Source: Methylococcaceae bacterium (GTDB lineage: Bacteria > Pseudomonadota > Gammaproteobacteria > Methylococcales > Methylomonadaceae). From it: DNA of 64,000 nucleotides. This document shows, in pieces, positions 40,850 to 49,028 of this stretch. Under the pieces are notes generated by a model. That model ran no database searches. It was not told the DNA's origin and was given only the letters and a program-made list of their open reading frames with translations. Each line of letters begins with the position of its first letter. The stretch's first letter is position 1. The translations under genes and the position numbers were made by a program. The stretch spans positions 9,812 through 73,811 of the forward strand of contig JBNLCC010000119.1 in the NCBI GenBank assembly GCA_050303615.1, read 5' to 3'.

Positions 40850-41941
40850 ATGTTTGAACGTCTTGGTCATTTATTGTGTTTTGTCTTACCCTGCACAACA
40901 CTGTTATTCCTTACCGGCGGACCCTATGACAGCGGCGCAGCACTGGCCTGGACGCTGCCGCTCTGGCTGCTGGTGATCGCCGACTGGCTGAGTCCTAAAA
41001 TCGACCCGCTGCGGGGATACCCCGCTTTCACGGATCATTATTTTTCCGGCATTTTATATTCCCTGGCCGTTATGCAACTTTGTAACATCGGTTTGATGCT
41101 GGATTATGTCAGCCGGCTGCAATGGCACACTCAGGAGCAGATCATAACGGGCCTAGTGAACCTAATTGCCGCCCGCATTCTGGTCGGCACCAGTTCCGGC
41201 AGTTCGGGCTTTATCGTTGCCCATGAATTACTTCACCGTAAACGGCCATGGATAATATTGTTCGGCAATTTGCTGTTATGCAGCATGTGTTACCAGCATT
41301 TTGCCGTTGCCCATCTGCGCGGCCATCATCGTAACGTTACGGAACCCGACGATATAACTACGGCGCGGCGTGGTGAAAGCTTTAACAATTACTGGAAACG
41401 GGTGTTTATCGAGCATTTCCGTTTTGCCTGGCAAGTGGAATTGAAGCGTTTAAAAATAGTTGACCATCCGTACCATTTTCCAATATTGTTAAAAAACAGA
41501 GTGTTGCTCGGTTTATTGTCTGAATTAATGCTGATTTTGTCTTTCATATTCGTGTTCGGCTGGATTGCGGCGCTGTTGTTTCTGTACCAGTCGTTTACGG
41601 CCGTCCGGTTGCTTGAAGCAATCAACTATTTTCAACATTGGGGCTTGATAACCCGGTCCAAAGGTGCCGCACTGGCCTGGGTCAACGATTCCTGGGTGAC
41701 GCGCAACGCTCTGCTGAACCTATCATGCCATATCGATCATCATCGCTCTGCCGCTAAACATTTTCAGCAGTTACATTATTCCGGTCATGGCCCGAAAATG
41801 CCCCAGGGTTATTTTGTAACAAATCTTTGGGTAAAACTGCACAATCGTTCTTACCGAAAAAAAGCGATACGCGAACTCAAAAATTACCGTATACCTCAGC
41901 CTGCGCCGGCGTCCTCAATACCAGCGGTGATGCAGCAATGA
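40850..41941 (+). CDS. AlkB-like integral-membrane di-iron hydroxylase (fatty-acid desaturase superfamily)
   Basis: 363 aa. The His boxes are HELLH (125-129), HLRGHH (155-160) and HIDHH (294-298), plus the AlkB-specific NYFQHWG. The segment HHRNVTEPDDITTARRGES resembles the AlkB stretch after box 2. Box 1 to box 2 spacing is 30 aa, as in AlkB. Confidence 0.8.
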   Translation: MFERLGHLLCFVLPCTTLLFLTGGPYDSGAALAWTLPLWLLVIADWLSPKIDPLRGYPAFTDHYFSGILYSLAVMQLCNIGLMLDYVSRLQWHTQEQIITGLVNLIAARILVGTSSGSSGFIVAHELLHRKRPWIILFGNLLLCSMCYQHFAVAHLRGHHRNVTEPDDITTARRGESFNNYWKRVFIEHFRFAWQVELKRLKIVDHPYHFPILLKNRVLLGLLSELMLILSFIFVFGWIAALLFLYQSFTAVRLLEAINYFQHWGLITRSKGAALAWVNDSWVTRNALLNLSCHIDHHRSAAKHFQQLHYSGHGPKMPQGYFVTNLWVKLHNRSYRKKAIRELKNYRIPQPAPASSIPAVMQQ

Positions 41942-42498
41942 GACTTTATCACACTTCCCGGCACCCGCTGGCCTGCTGGCTGCTGTTGTTGATATTATCC
42001 GGTATGACGTTATACGAAGTGCATAAGCTTTATCAACTCTCGTCTTACAACCGGCTCCTTGACAGTCCGGAGACTATCGTCCAAACCGATTCGAGCCAGC
42101 CCGGAGAGGTCATCTTTGCCAAAGCGCTATATTTAAACCGGCAAGGCGATTATCAGCAGGCGCTGAGACTGTTCAATCAAATCAAGCATTCGCCGGACCT
42201 GCGTTTTCAACAGCGGGTTCTATACAATATGGGCACCATTTACCTGCAACACGCCGCCGGGTTATGGCGGGACAAGGGCGTTTGGGAGTCGAATCAGATC
42301 AATACCTTACTTGACCTGGCGGAACAGGCTTTGCGTCAGGTATTGGCTGCCGACCCTGAACACTGGCAGGCGCGCTACAATCTGGAATACGTGTTACGCA
42401 TCCGCCCTCCCGGCAAAGAACCGGAAAACGACAACTGGACCGGCCACAAAAGCAGCGTGTTTGCCGTCATGCCGGGAATACCCGCGGGAGGACCGTAA
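41938..42498 (+). CDS. Membrane-anchored TPR-like protein (BatC/MxaK-like)
   Basis: I chose the start MRLYHTS at 41938 (ATGA overlap with the alkB-like stop). It has one N-terminal TM segment and TPR-like helices (AKALYLNRQGDYQQALRLFNQI...). Confidence 0.5.
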   Translation: MRLYHTSRHPLACWLLLLILSGMTLYEVHKLYQLSSYNRLLDSPETIVQTDSSQPGEVIFAKALYLNRQGDYQQALRLFNQIKHSPDLRFQQRVLYNMGTIYLQHAAGLWRDKGVWESNQINTLLDLAEQALRQVLAADPEHWQARYNLEYVLRIRPPGKEPENDNWTGHKSSVFAVMPGIPAGGP

Positions 42499-43391
42499 TG
42501 AAGCTGCGCGTTTCCCTGCTGCGCGGCCAGGCCGCTATATATACAACGGTTCTACTGCTGCTGGCAGCGGCTTTATTTAAACCGGCAATCCCGATGCAGC
42601 GGCAAATTTTTAACTATATTTTTGTCATTGATATCACCCAGAGCATGAATGCCAGGGATTACCATGTCGCCGGTTTGCCGGCGGATCGCCTGTCTTTTGT
42701 CAAGCAATCGCTACAACATGTTTTGCACGAGTTGCCGTGCCACTCCAAAGTGGGTCTCGGATTGTTTACCACCAAAAATATGTTTCTGCTGTTTGAGCCC
42801 CTTGAAATTTGCCAACATTACCATGTCATCGAGACCAGTCTGGAAAAAATTGACTGGCGCATGGCCTGGGCGGCGGACAGCCATATTGCACGGGGATTGT
42901 ATGCCAGTATCCGCGATCTCGGAAAAGTTGGTTCTAAACCCCGGTTGGTGTTTTTTACCGACGGCCAGCAAACGCCTTCCGGCAGCAAAACACCGCCTTT
43001 TTTATCAACGCCCGGAGCAGTAAAAGGCCAAATTATCGGAGTAGGCAATTTACAACCGGTGCCCATTCCCAAGCTGGATAACAGCAATCGCCAAATTGGC
43101 TATTGGCTGGCCGATGAAGCGGAGACCCGTTCCCGAAGAACTGCCGGACGGCACATGTCTACGGAAAAATATTTAAGTTCGGTAAAGGAAAATGAGCTGC
43201 AACGCCTGGCCGGCATTACCGGTCTGCAATATCATCATCTGCAAACACCGCAGCAGTTGGCCGACCTATTACAGGCCGCCGATATAGGCAACCCCGAATC
43301 GGTGGACACCGACATTAGTTGGTTTCTAGCTGCAACAGCTCTGCTGGTGTTTGTCACTCCTTATTTTCGTACTATTTATGGCGATCGGTAA
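42498..43391 (+). CDS. Membrane-anchored von Willebrand factor A protein (BatB/MxaL-like)
   Basis: 297 aa with N- and C-terminal TM segments. It has the MIDAS-like motif VIDITQS and a downstream FFTDGQQ. There is a TAATG junction with the upstream gene. Confidence 0.7.
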   Translation: MKLRVSLLRGQAAIYTTVLLLLAAALFKPAIPMQRQIFNYIFVIDITQSMNARDYHVAGLPADRLSFVKQSLQHVLHELPCHSKVGLGLFTTKNMFLLFEPLEICQHYHVIETSLEKIDWRMAWAADSHIARGLYASIRDLGKVGSKPRLVFFTDGQQTPSGSKTPPFLSTPGAVKGQIIGVGNLQPVPIPKLDNSNRQIGYWLADEAETRSRRTAGRHMSTEKYLSSVKENELQRLAGITGLQYHHLQTPQQLADLLQAADIGNPESVDTDISWFLAATALLVFVTPYFRTIYGDR

Positions 43392-43593
43392 ACTGCTTAT
43401 CCTATTCGGGCTGATGCTCGTTGTTGCGGGGCTGATCGTCAACTATGCGCCCTGGTTGTTCAACTGGTTCGGCAAACTGCCCGGCGATATTAATATCCGC
43501 GATGAAAAACGTGCGATATTCATCCCGATTACTTCCATGCTGCTGCTCAGTATCATTATTTCGATAATTTTAAACCTTTTTTTCCGAAAATGA
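43378..43593 (+). CDS. DUF2905 small membrane protein
   Basis: 71 aa from MAIGKLLILFGL. It has the motif GKLPGDINIRDEKRAIFIPITS flanked by two TM helices. It overlaps the vWA gene by 14 nt. Confidence 0.65.
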   Translation: MAIGKLLILFGLMLVVAGLIVNYAPWLFNWFGKLPGDINIRDEKRAIFIPITSMLLLSIIISIILNLFFRK

Positions 43594-44525
43594 CCCGACT
43601 TATCATAACGCTCTTTCCCGTCTGGGCGATTGGGCTATCGATCATCGCTTATTTCTTTCCCAACTGGTTTACAAATTTAAAACCGGCCATCATTCCGCTG
43701 CTGTCGTTAATCATGTTCGGCATGGGCATGACCCTGACTTGGCGCCATTTTACAGCGGTAATAAAAAAGCCGTTCATCATCGCCCTCGGCGTCGGCATTC
43801 AATTTATCTTTATGCCGTTTGTTGCCTGGCTGCTGGCGCTTGTTTTGGAATTGCCCGAACAGTTGCTGGTCGGCATGGTGCTGGTCGGCAGCACTGCGGG
43901 CGGGACTGCTTCAAACGTGATTTGCTACCTGGCAAAAGGCGATGTTGCATTATCCATCCTTATGACCATGACTTCGACACTCTGCGCAGTATTTGCAATG
44001 CCGGCCCTAACCTTCCTGTATTTGCATCAGTCGGTGCCGGTGCCGGTATGGGAAATGATGCAAAGCATTATGACAATCGTGTTAATCCCGGTGGTAACCG
44101 GCACAGCGATCAACTCCCTCTACGGCAAACATGTCGCTAAAGTCCGTGATTTTTTTCCGTTACTTTCCAGTTTGGCCATTGTGTTGATAATCAGCATTAT
44201 CGTTGCATTGAATAAACAAAACCTGAGCGAATTGCAACTGCCGCTTCTCGTAGCGGTCATACTGCACAATACCCTTGGTTTGCTGTCCGGTTATGTGATA
44301 CCCCGGCTACTAAACTACGATCCTGCAATTTGCCGCACCGTCAGCATAGAAGTCGGAATGCAGAATTCCGGACTCAGCGTCGCGCTGGCGATAAAATACT
44401 TTTCCACTCTGGCCGCGTTACCCGGTGCGCTGTTCAGTATCTGGCACAACGTTTCCGGCTCAATGCTGGCAGCTTATTGGCAATGTCACGTCGATGTTCA
44501 AAAACGACACCACAACGCCACGTAA
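43590..44525 (+). CDS. Bile acid:Na+ symporter (BASS) family transporter
   Basis: 311 aa with about 9-10 TM segments. The typical BASS motifs are GMGMTL, GGTASNV and GMQNSGL. It shares an ATGA overlap with DUF2905. Confidence 0.8.
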   Translation: MTRLIITLFPVWAIGLSIIAYFFPNWFTNLKPAIIPLLSLIMFGMGMTLTWRHFTAVIKKPFIIALGVGIQFIFMPFVAWLLALVLELPEQLLVGMVLVGSTAGGTASNVICYLAKGDVALSILMTMTSTLCAVFAMPALTFLYLHQSVPVPVWEMMQSIMTIVLIPVVTGTAINSLYGKHVAKVRDFFPLLSSLAIVLIISIIVALNKQNLSELQLPLLVAVILHNTLGLLSGYVIPRLLNYDPAICRTVSIEVGMQNSGLSVALAIKYFSTLAALPGALFSIWHNVSGSMLAAYWQCHVDVQKRHHNAT

Positions 44526-44692
44526 CAAACACCCGTTCTTTATCTAGCCGCAATAATAGAACTCGATGCAACGATCAAACGCATCGCACAACCGTGATCT
44601 GTTGGCACCGTCACATCTCTTTACGAACAGAGAGCCAGCCGCACCGGCCCGGGGGCAATCGGGCCGCTGCTTGCTGTCAAGTCGTCTCCGGC

Positions 44693-45097
44693 TTAATACC
44701 ATGGACCCCAAGGCCCCCACGCGCCCCAGTTCATGGCGGCATCCTCGTTCATCATGGCGGCCTGCTGATTCATTTCCGCAATATTACGCCGCTCCGCCAT
44801 TCGCTGATACTCCTGATAAGCCCTTTCAGTACCAAGATACAGGCATTTACAAAATTCAGCATCGGCATAGGCATAGTACACAACACCATCTTTTTCATGG
44901 GGAACCAGTTTCGATTGGGTCATGGTTTTCAGATGGGCAAGCCGCTTAGGCGTATCGGCAAATTTCATCTGGAAACCGGCCGCGGCGAGCATCCTTTCGG
45001 TATCCATGGCATGACTCTTTTCCATTGCCGCACAACCATGCAATAAAACGGCTAACGCCAGCATTGTACCTATATTAGCTAATTTGTTTATTTCCAT
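44693..45097 (-). CDS. Lipoprotein of unknown function with Trp/Gly/Pro-rich C-terminus
   Basis: I chose the start MEINKLANIGTMLALAVLLHGC (lipobox LHGC) at 45097. The C-terminal tail is NWGAWGPWGPWY. Confidence 0.55.
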   Translation of the reverse strand: MEINKLANIGTMLALAVLLHGCAAMEKSHAMDTERMLAAAGFQMKFADTPKRLAHLKTMTQSKLVPHEKDGVVYYAYADAEFCKCLYLGTERAYQEYQRMAERRNIAEMNQQAAMMNEDAAMNWGAWGPWGPWY

Positions 45098-45161
45098 TTT
45101 TCTGTCTCTCTTGTGGATTGTACAATTTATGCAACGATACCTTATCATTGCAACACGATAC

Positions 45162-45887
45162 TTAATATTTATCTAAAATTTGCTGGTACCTGCCGTCCTG
45201 CCGCATTGCATTGATCGCCTGATTAAAATCAGCAACAATTTTGGCGGCATCGGGGTTTTGCCTGCTGACTCCGATGCGCAGTCCTCTACTACTCAACGGC
45301 TTGTCGAGAAATTCAAGCTCATTCATTCTGCGCGGCATATATTCATTAATCTGGTAAACTACAGCCCTCTCATCACCCAAGGTCAGATCGATATCACCCT
45401 GCACCAGCCGTTGTAAATTCTGGACAATATGATTTTGAGGCAGTTTGATATGCCTTTTTGAATTGACGAATTCCTCCTCATAGGCGTAATCCTTTAACAC
45501 CCCGATAAAATAACCGGTCAGATCCTCCAACGTCTCATAACGGATATCCCGGCCTTTCATTTTTAAGAATTTAATCCGGTTGGTCAAATAGGGTTCGCTA
45601 AACACCATCATCGTTTCCCGCTCCGGAGTTTTCCATACCGTGCCGATTACGTCAAAAATGCCTATTTCCAAACCTTCAAGTGCCCTTGGCCACGTTTCGT
45701 ACTGCAGTGTCAAGTGATAGCCTTTTCGCTGCAATGCCGTCGATACAAGCTCCACGGCCAAGCCATTGCCCGGTAGACTCCTCTCCGCATAAGGCGGCCA
45801 AGTATTGACCACCATAGTCAAATTGCCGGCAAGCACTTCGCCGCTCAGTAGCAGTATCAATGACAGGAGCCATTTCGGATCGACCAT
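45162..45887 (-). CDS. Orphan periplasmic substrate-binding protein (SBP family 3-like)
   Basis: 241 aa with a signal peptide and a type-3 SBP pattern (PPYAE..., GIFDVIGTVWKTPERE..., DLTLGDERAV). There is no adjacent permease or ATPase. Confidence 0.7.
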   Translation of the reverse strand: MVDPKWLLSLILLLSGEVLAGNLTMVVNTWPPYAERSLPGNGLAVELVSTALQRKGYHLTLQYETWPRALEGLEIGIFDVIGTVWKTPERETMMVFSEPYLTNRIKFLKMKGRDIRYETLEDLTGYFIGVLKDYAYEEEFVNSKRHIKLPQNHIVQNLQRLVQGDIDLTLGDERAVVYQINEYMPRRMNELEFLDKPLSSRGLRIGVSRQNPDAAKIVADFNQAINAMRQDGRYQQILDKY

Positions 45888-46023
45888 TTCGATTCAACTC
45901 TCTTTGCTATACTTTGTGGAATGTATATATTTACTGCTATAAAATTTCGCCATTTTCTCTGATATTTTTTGCTAATACTATAGCGTTATTACACAGCCGA
46001 CAATAATAAAAGTAGCATAAATC

Positions 46024-46944
46024 ATGGATACATCTTCAAAAAAAGTCATATTGGCCGCACTTGCGGGCAACACGCTGGTGGCAGTCACCAAATTTACCGC
46101 CGCGTTTTACAGCGGCAGCTCCGCAATGTTGTCGGAAGCCATTCACTCTGTCGTTGACACCGGCAACCAGATTTTACTGTTATACGGTTTGAAACGCGCT
46201 CAAAAACCGGCTGACGACCGCTTCCCCTTTGGTCACGGCAAGGAAATTTATTTCTGGAGTTTTATCGTCGCTATACTTATTTTCGCGATGGGTGCGGGCA
46301 TTTCCATTTACGAAGGCATACACAGTATCATAAATCCAAAACCGCTTGAAAACATTTTTATCAATTATATCGTGCTCTGCATCGCCATGCTGTTCGAGAG
46401 TGCCGCCTGGTACTACGCATTAAAGGAATTCACCCGCGCTAAAGGTAAGTGGGGTTATGTGGAAGCGATTCAGCGCAGCAAGGACCCGTCCATTTTTATG
46501 GTCCTTTTTGAAGACAGCGCAGCAATGCTGGGGTTATTGATTGCATTTTTCGGGGTTTTTTTCGGACAGATAAGCGGAAACCCTTACTATGACGGTATCG
46601 CTTCGATTTTGATTGGTATGATATTAGGCGGAACAGCCATCTGGCTGGCTTATGAAACTAAAGGTTTACTGATTGGTGAAAGCGCCAATCAGGAAATTAT
46701 TGCCGGTATCCGGCAATGCGCCGGTGCACATCATATCGTTGAGCATGTTAATGAAACGCTGACCATGCACATGGGGCCGGATTTTGTGTTAGTCAATTTA
46801 AGTATCGATTTCTCGGATAGCGCTGGGGTCGGGGACATCGAAAAAGCCATTTCGGAAATCGACCGGCAGATAAAACAATGCTTTCCAGTCATCAAACGCA
46901 TTTTTATTGAAGCTGAATCGAAACCCGAAAGGATCATTCATTGA
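46024..46944 (+). CDS. Cation diffusion facilitator family transporter
   Basis: 306 aa with 6 TM segments. It has the CDF signature (SAMLSEAIHSVVDTGNQ) and a C-terminal cytoplasmic domain. Confidence 0.85.
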   Translation: MDTSSKKVILAALAGNTLVAVTKFTAAFYSGSSAMLSEAIHSVVDTGNQILLLYGLKRAQKPADDRFPFGHGKEIYFWSFIVAILIFAMGAGISIYEGIHSIINPKPLENIFINYIVLCIAMLFESAAWYYALKEFTRAKGKWGYVEAIQRSKDPSIFMVLFEDSAAMLGLLIAFFGVFFGQISGNPYYDGIASILIGMILGGTAIWLAYETKGLLIGESANQEIIAGIRQCAGAHHIVEHVNETLTMHMGPDFVLVNLSIDFSDSAGVGDIEKAISEIDRQIKQCFPVIKRIFIEAESKPERIIH

Positions 46945-47453
46945 CCATTTTCGGCAACACCATCAATCCGGCACCCGGAAGTTATATCCTGATTATGCAA
47001 AACCAAGTCGATCTTTGCATAACAATCGGCAAACGGGGCATGCTTTCCATTTTTCACGGGTATTATCTTTACGTCGGCAGCGCCTTCGGTCCCGGAGGAA
47101 TTTCCGCACGAGTACGCCACCACAGCCGCATACAGGATCGACCTCATTGGCATATCGACTATTTGAGAAAACACACGCGGTTAACTGAAATCTGGTTTAG
47201 TTACGATCAAATCAGGCGGGAACATCAATGGGCTAGTTTACTGAAAACGCAAGACAATGTCTCAGTACCGATGCCGGGTTTTGGAGCAACAGACTGCAAT
47301 TGCAGCAGCCATTTACTTTTCTGTTCATCAAAACCCGATTTTAATGCTTTTATAACGCACACTTATAACTCTCTTCCCGATCATAAAACGATATTACGTC
47401 AACCAACAGTCGCAGCCAAGGGAAACAATGAGGACATCAAAACCGGTAATTGA
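46941..47453 (+). CDS. GIY-YIG-like DUF123 protein
   Basis: 170-aa ORF with a TTG start overlapping the CDF stop; the start is uncertain. GSYILIM...GYYLYVGSAFGPGGISARVRHH...HWHIDYL matches the DUF123 pattern as I recall it. Confidence 0.6.
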   Translation: MTIFGNTINPAPGSYILIMQNQVDLCITIGKRGMLSIFHGYYLYVGSAFGPGGISARVRHHSRIQDRPHWHIDYLRKHTRLTEIWFSYDQIRREHQWASLLKTQDNVSVPMPGFGATDCNCSSHLLFCSSKPDFNAFITHTYNSLPDHKTILRQPTVAAKGNNEDIKTGN

Positions 47454-47481
47454 GGCGAACCTGCAAGCGACAAAAAAGCAA

Positions 47482-47862
47482 TCAGGCGACCTGAATGGGT
47501 ATGGAATGGGTGGAACGGACTATTTCATTCTTTTCATTAAAATAGACCAGAGTCGGCTTATGGTTAAGCACCTCTTGTTGATCCAAAACGGCAAAAGTAC
47601 AGACGATAATCAAATCGCCCGGGCAAGCTAAGCGGGCCGCTGCGCCGTTAACGGAAAAAACGCCGGACCCCTCCTCGGCGCGAATGGCATAGGTGGTAAA
47701 ACGTTCGCCGTTGTTAATATTGTAAATTTGTATTTGCTCGTACTCCCTGATACCGGCGAAGTCCAGGATCCTGCCGTCGATAGCACAAGAACCTTCATAA
47801 TCCAGCTCGGAATGAGTTACACTTGCCCTGTGTAACTTGGCTTTAAGCATTGTCGTCAGCAT
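47482..47862 (-). CDS. panD: Aspartate 1-decarboxylase PanD
   Basis: 126 aa. [26 protein letters not shown] contains the G-S self-processing site. Confidence 0.95.
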   Translation of the reverse strand: MLTTMLKAKLHRASVTHSELDYEGSCAIDGRILDFAGIREYEQIQIYNINNGERFTTYAIRAEEGSGVFSVNGAAARLACPGDLIIVCTFAVLDQQEVLNHKPTLVYFNEKNEIVRSTHSIPIQVA

Positions 47863-47990
47863 ACTTAAGTTAGTCTAATACAATTCTGGACGCGGAATTA
47901 TGCCTGAAAAAGGGATCTCTATCAACCACGGTTTGGGTCTCCAATAAAACGTGTTGTGCTAATTGTACAGCATCCACCCTGATAATAAAA

Positions 47991-49028
47991 TCAATCCCTG
48001 ACCCGAAAGTTGATTGTGGCAATTGGCGAACCTTTTGCGCTAAACCAGGCAAATTCATCAAACAGATCAAAGCTCAGTACATAGTCACCGCGTTCGGTAA
48101 CGGCCGGAAGCTCGAACTTAAGCACCGTCTCATCGCCGGGCATTAAATCAAAGTCGGCATTGTTGCTCTGATATACTTGATGCCGGGTTAACAATTCGTT
48201 ATCCAATTTATAAAAATGCGCACCTAGCAGCACGCCTTTTTTTGTTGATGAGCGTAATGGAATAACTTCGCGGCTTTCGTTGACAACCCGCACCTTTAAT
48301 TTTTCCGGCTTTCCGATTCTTATAACTTCCGGCGGATCAACGGGGGAAATTCCGGCCAGATAATAATGCGGGACATATACCCGGTCCACCCAATGCATCA
48401 ATAATGACCGATCATGTTTGCGTCCGGTAAGCCAATCTTGATAAGCTTCCAAAAATAACCTGCCGACACTGTCTTGAATTGCAAAATATTTCAGCGAACT
48501 ATGTTCCCAGGCTTGCTCAATCGTACTGTCCGGTAGCAACAAAATAGCCAAGGAACTAACCAAGCCGGTTCTGTCGGCGCCTTTACGGCAATGCACCAAT
48601 ATAGGCCGCGGCGCCGTACTAATCACTTTGACAATACGCTGCAATTCAGCTTTGGCGGGCAACCGGAGAGACTGCAGGCCAATCCTCAAAGTATCGGCAT
48701 TGATAAATTTCACGCCGGAATGCACTGCAATTTTTTTTTCCTGCAAATACCACTGCGCATTGTTATCGTGGCCGCGCAGGTTGAATATTGATTTAATTTT
48801 ATATTGATCGATCACTTGCTGCAGCTGACCGGCAGACAACTGTCCGCTTCTGTATAATTGTCCCGGAATCACCACACCGAAATTGCCATTAGCATCCCGA
48901 ACAAAGCCGGAAGCAATGAATACAAGCACAAAAATACAAATAACCAGGGCGATTTTGTTTCCAAACGGCCACCGGTTATTTTGGCCGGCTGCCGAACACA
49001 CCTTGAAAAACTTATCGGGACTGAGCAT
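47991..49028 (-). CDS. Membrane-anchored Cys-based (dual-specificity/tyrosine) phosphatase with C-terminal beta-rich domain
   Basis: 345 aa with an N-terminal TM segment and the CX5R P-loop VHCRKGADRTG. It has an extra C-terminal domain of about 130 aa. It overlaps the MscS-like gene by 17 nt. Confidence 0.7.
   Translation of the reverse strand: MLSPDKFFKVCSAAGQNNRWPFGNKIALVICIFVLVFIASGFVRDANGNFGVVIPGQLYRSGQLSAGQLQQVIDQYKIKSIFNLRGHDNNAQWYLQEKKIAVHSGVKFINADTLRIGLQSLRLPAKAELQRIVKVISTAPRPILVHCRKGADRTGLVSSLAILLLPDSTIEQAWEHSSLKYFAIQDSVGRLFLEAYQDWLTGRKHDRSLLMHWVDRVYVPHYYLAGISPVDPPEVIRIGKPEKLKVRVVNESREVIPLRSSTKKGVLLGAHFYKLDNELLTRHQVYQSNNADFDLMPGDETVLKFELPAVTERGDYVLSFDLFDEFAWFSAKGSPIATINFRVRD

Noticed and set aside
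44603-44619. TGGCAC hexamer that could be a second sigma-54 promoter
   Set aside because: The sequence 5 nt downstream is CATC rather than TTGC. The site also lies between convergent gene ends, so there is no gene for it to drive.
44330-45046. 238-aa and 127-aa plus-strand ORFs (44330-45046 and 44566-44949)
   Set aside because: Their composition is Arg/His/Pro-rich and low in complexity. They overlap the end of the BASS gene and run antisense to a lipoprotein gene that has a proper lipobox. They look like shadow ORFs.
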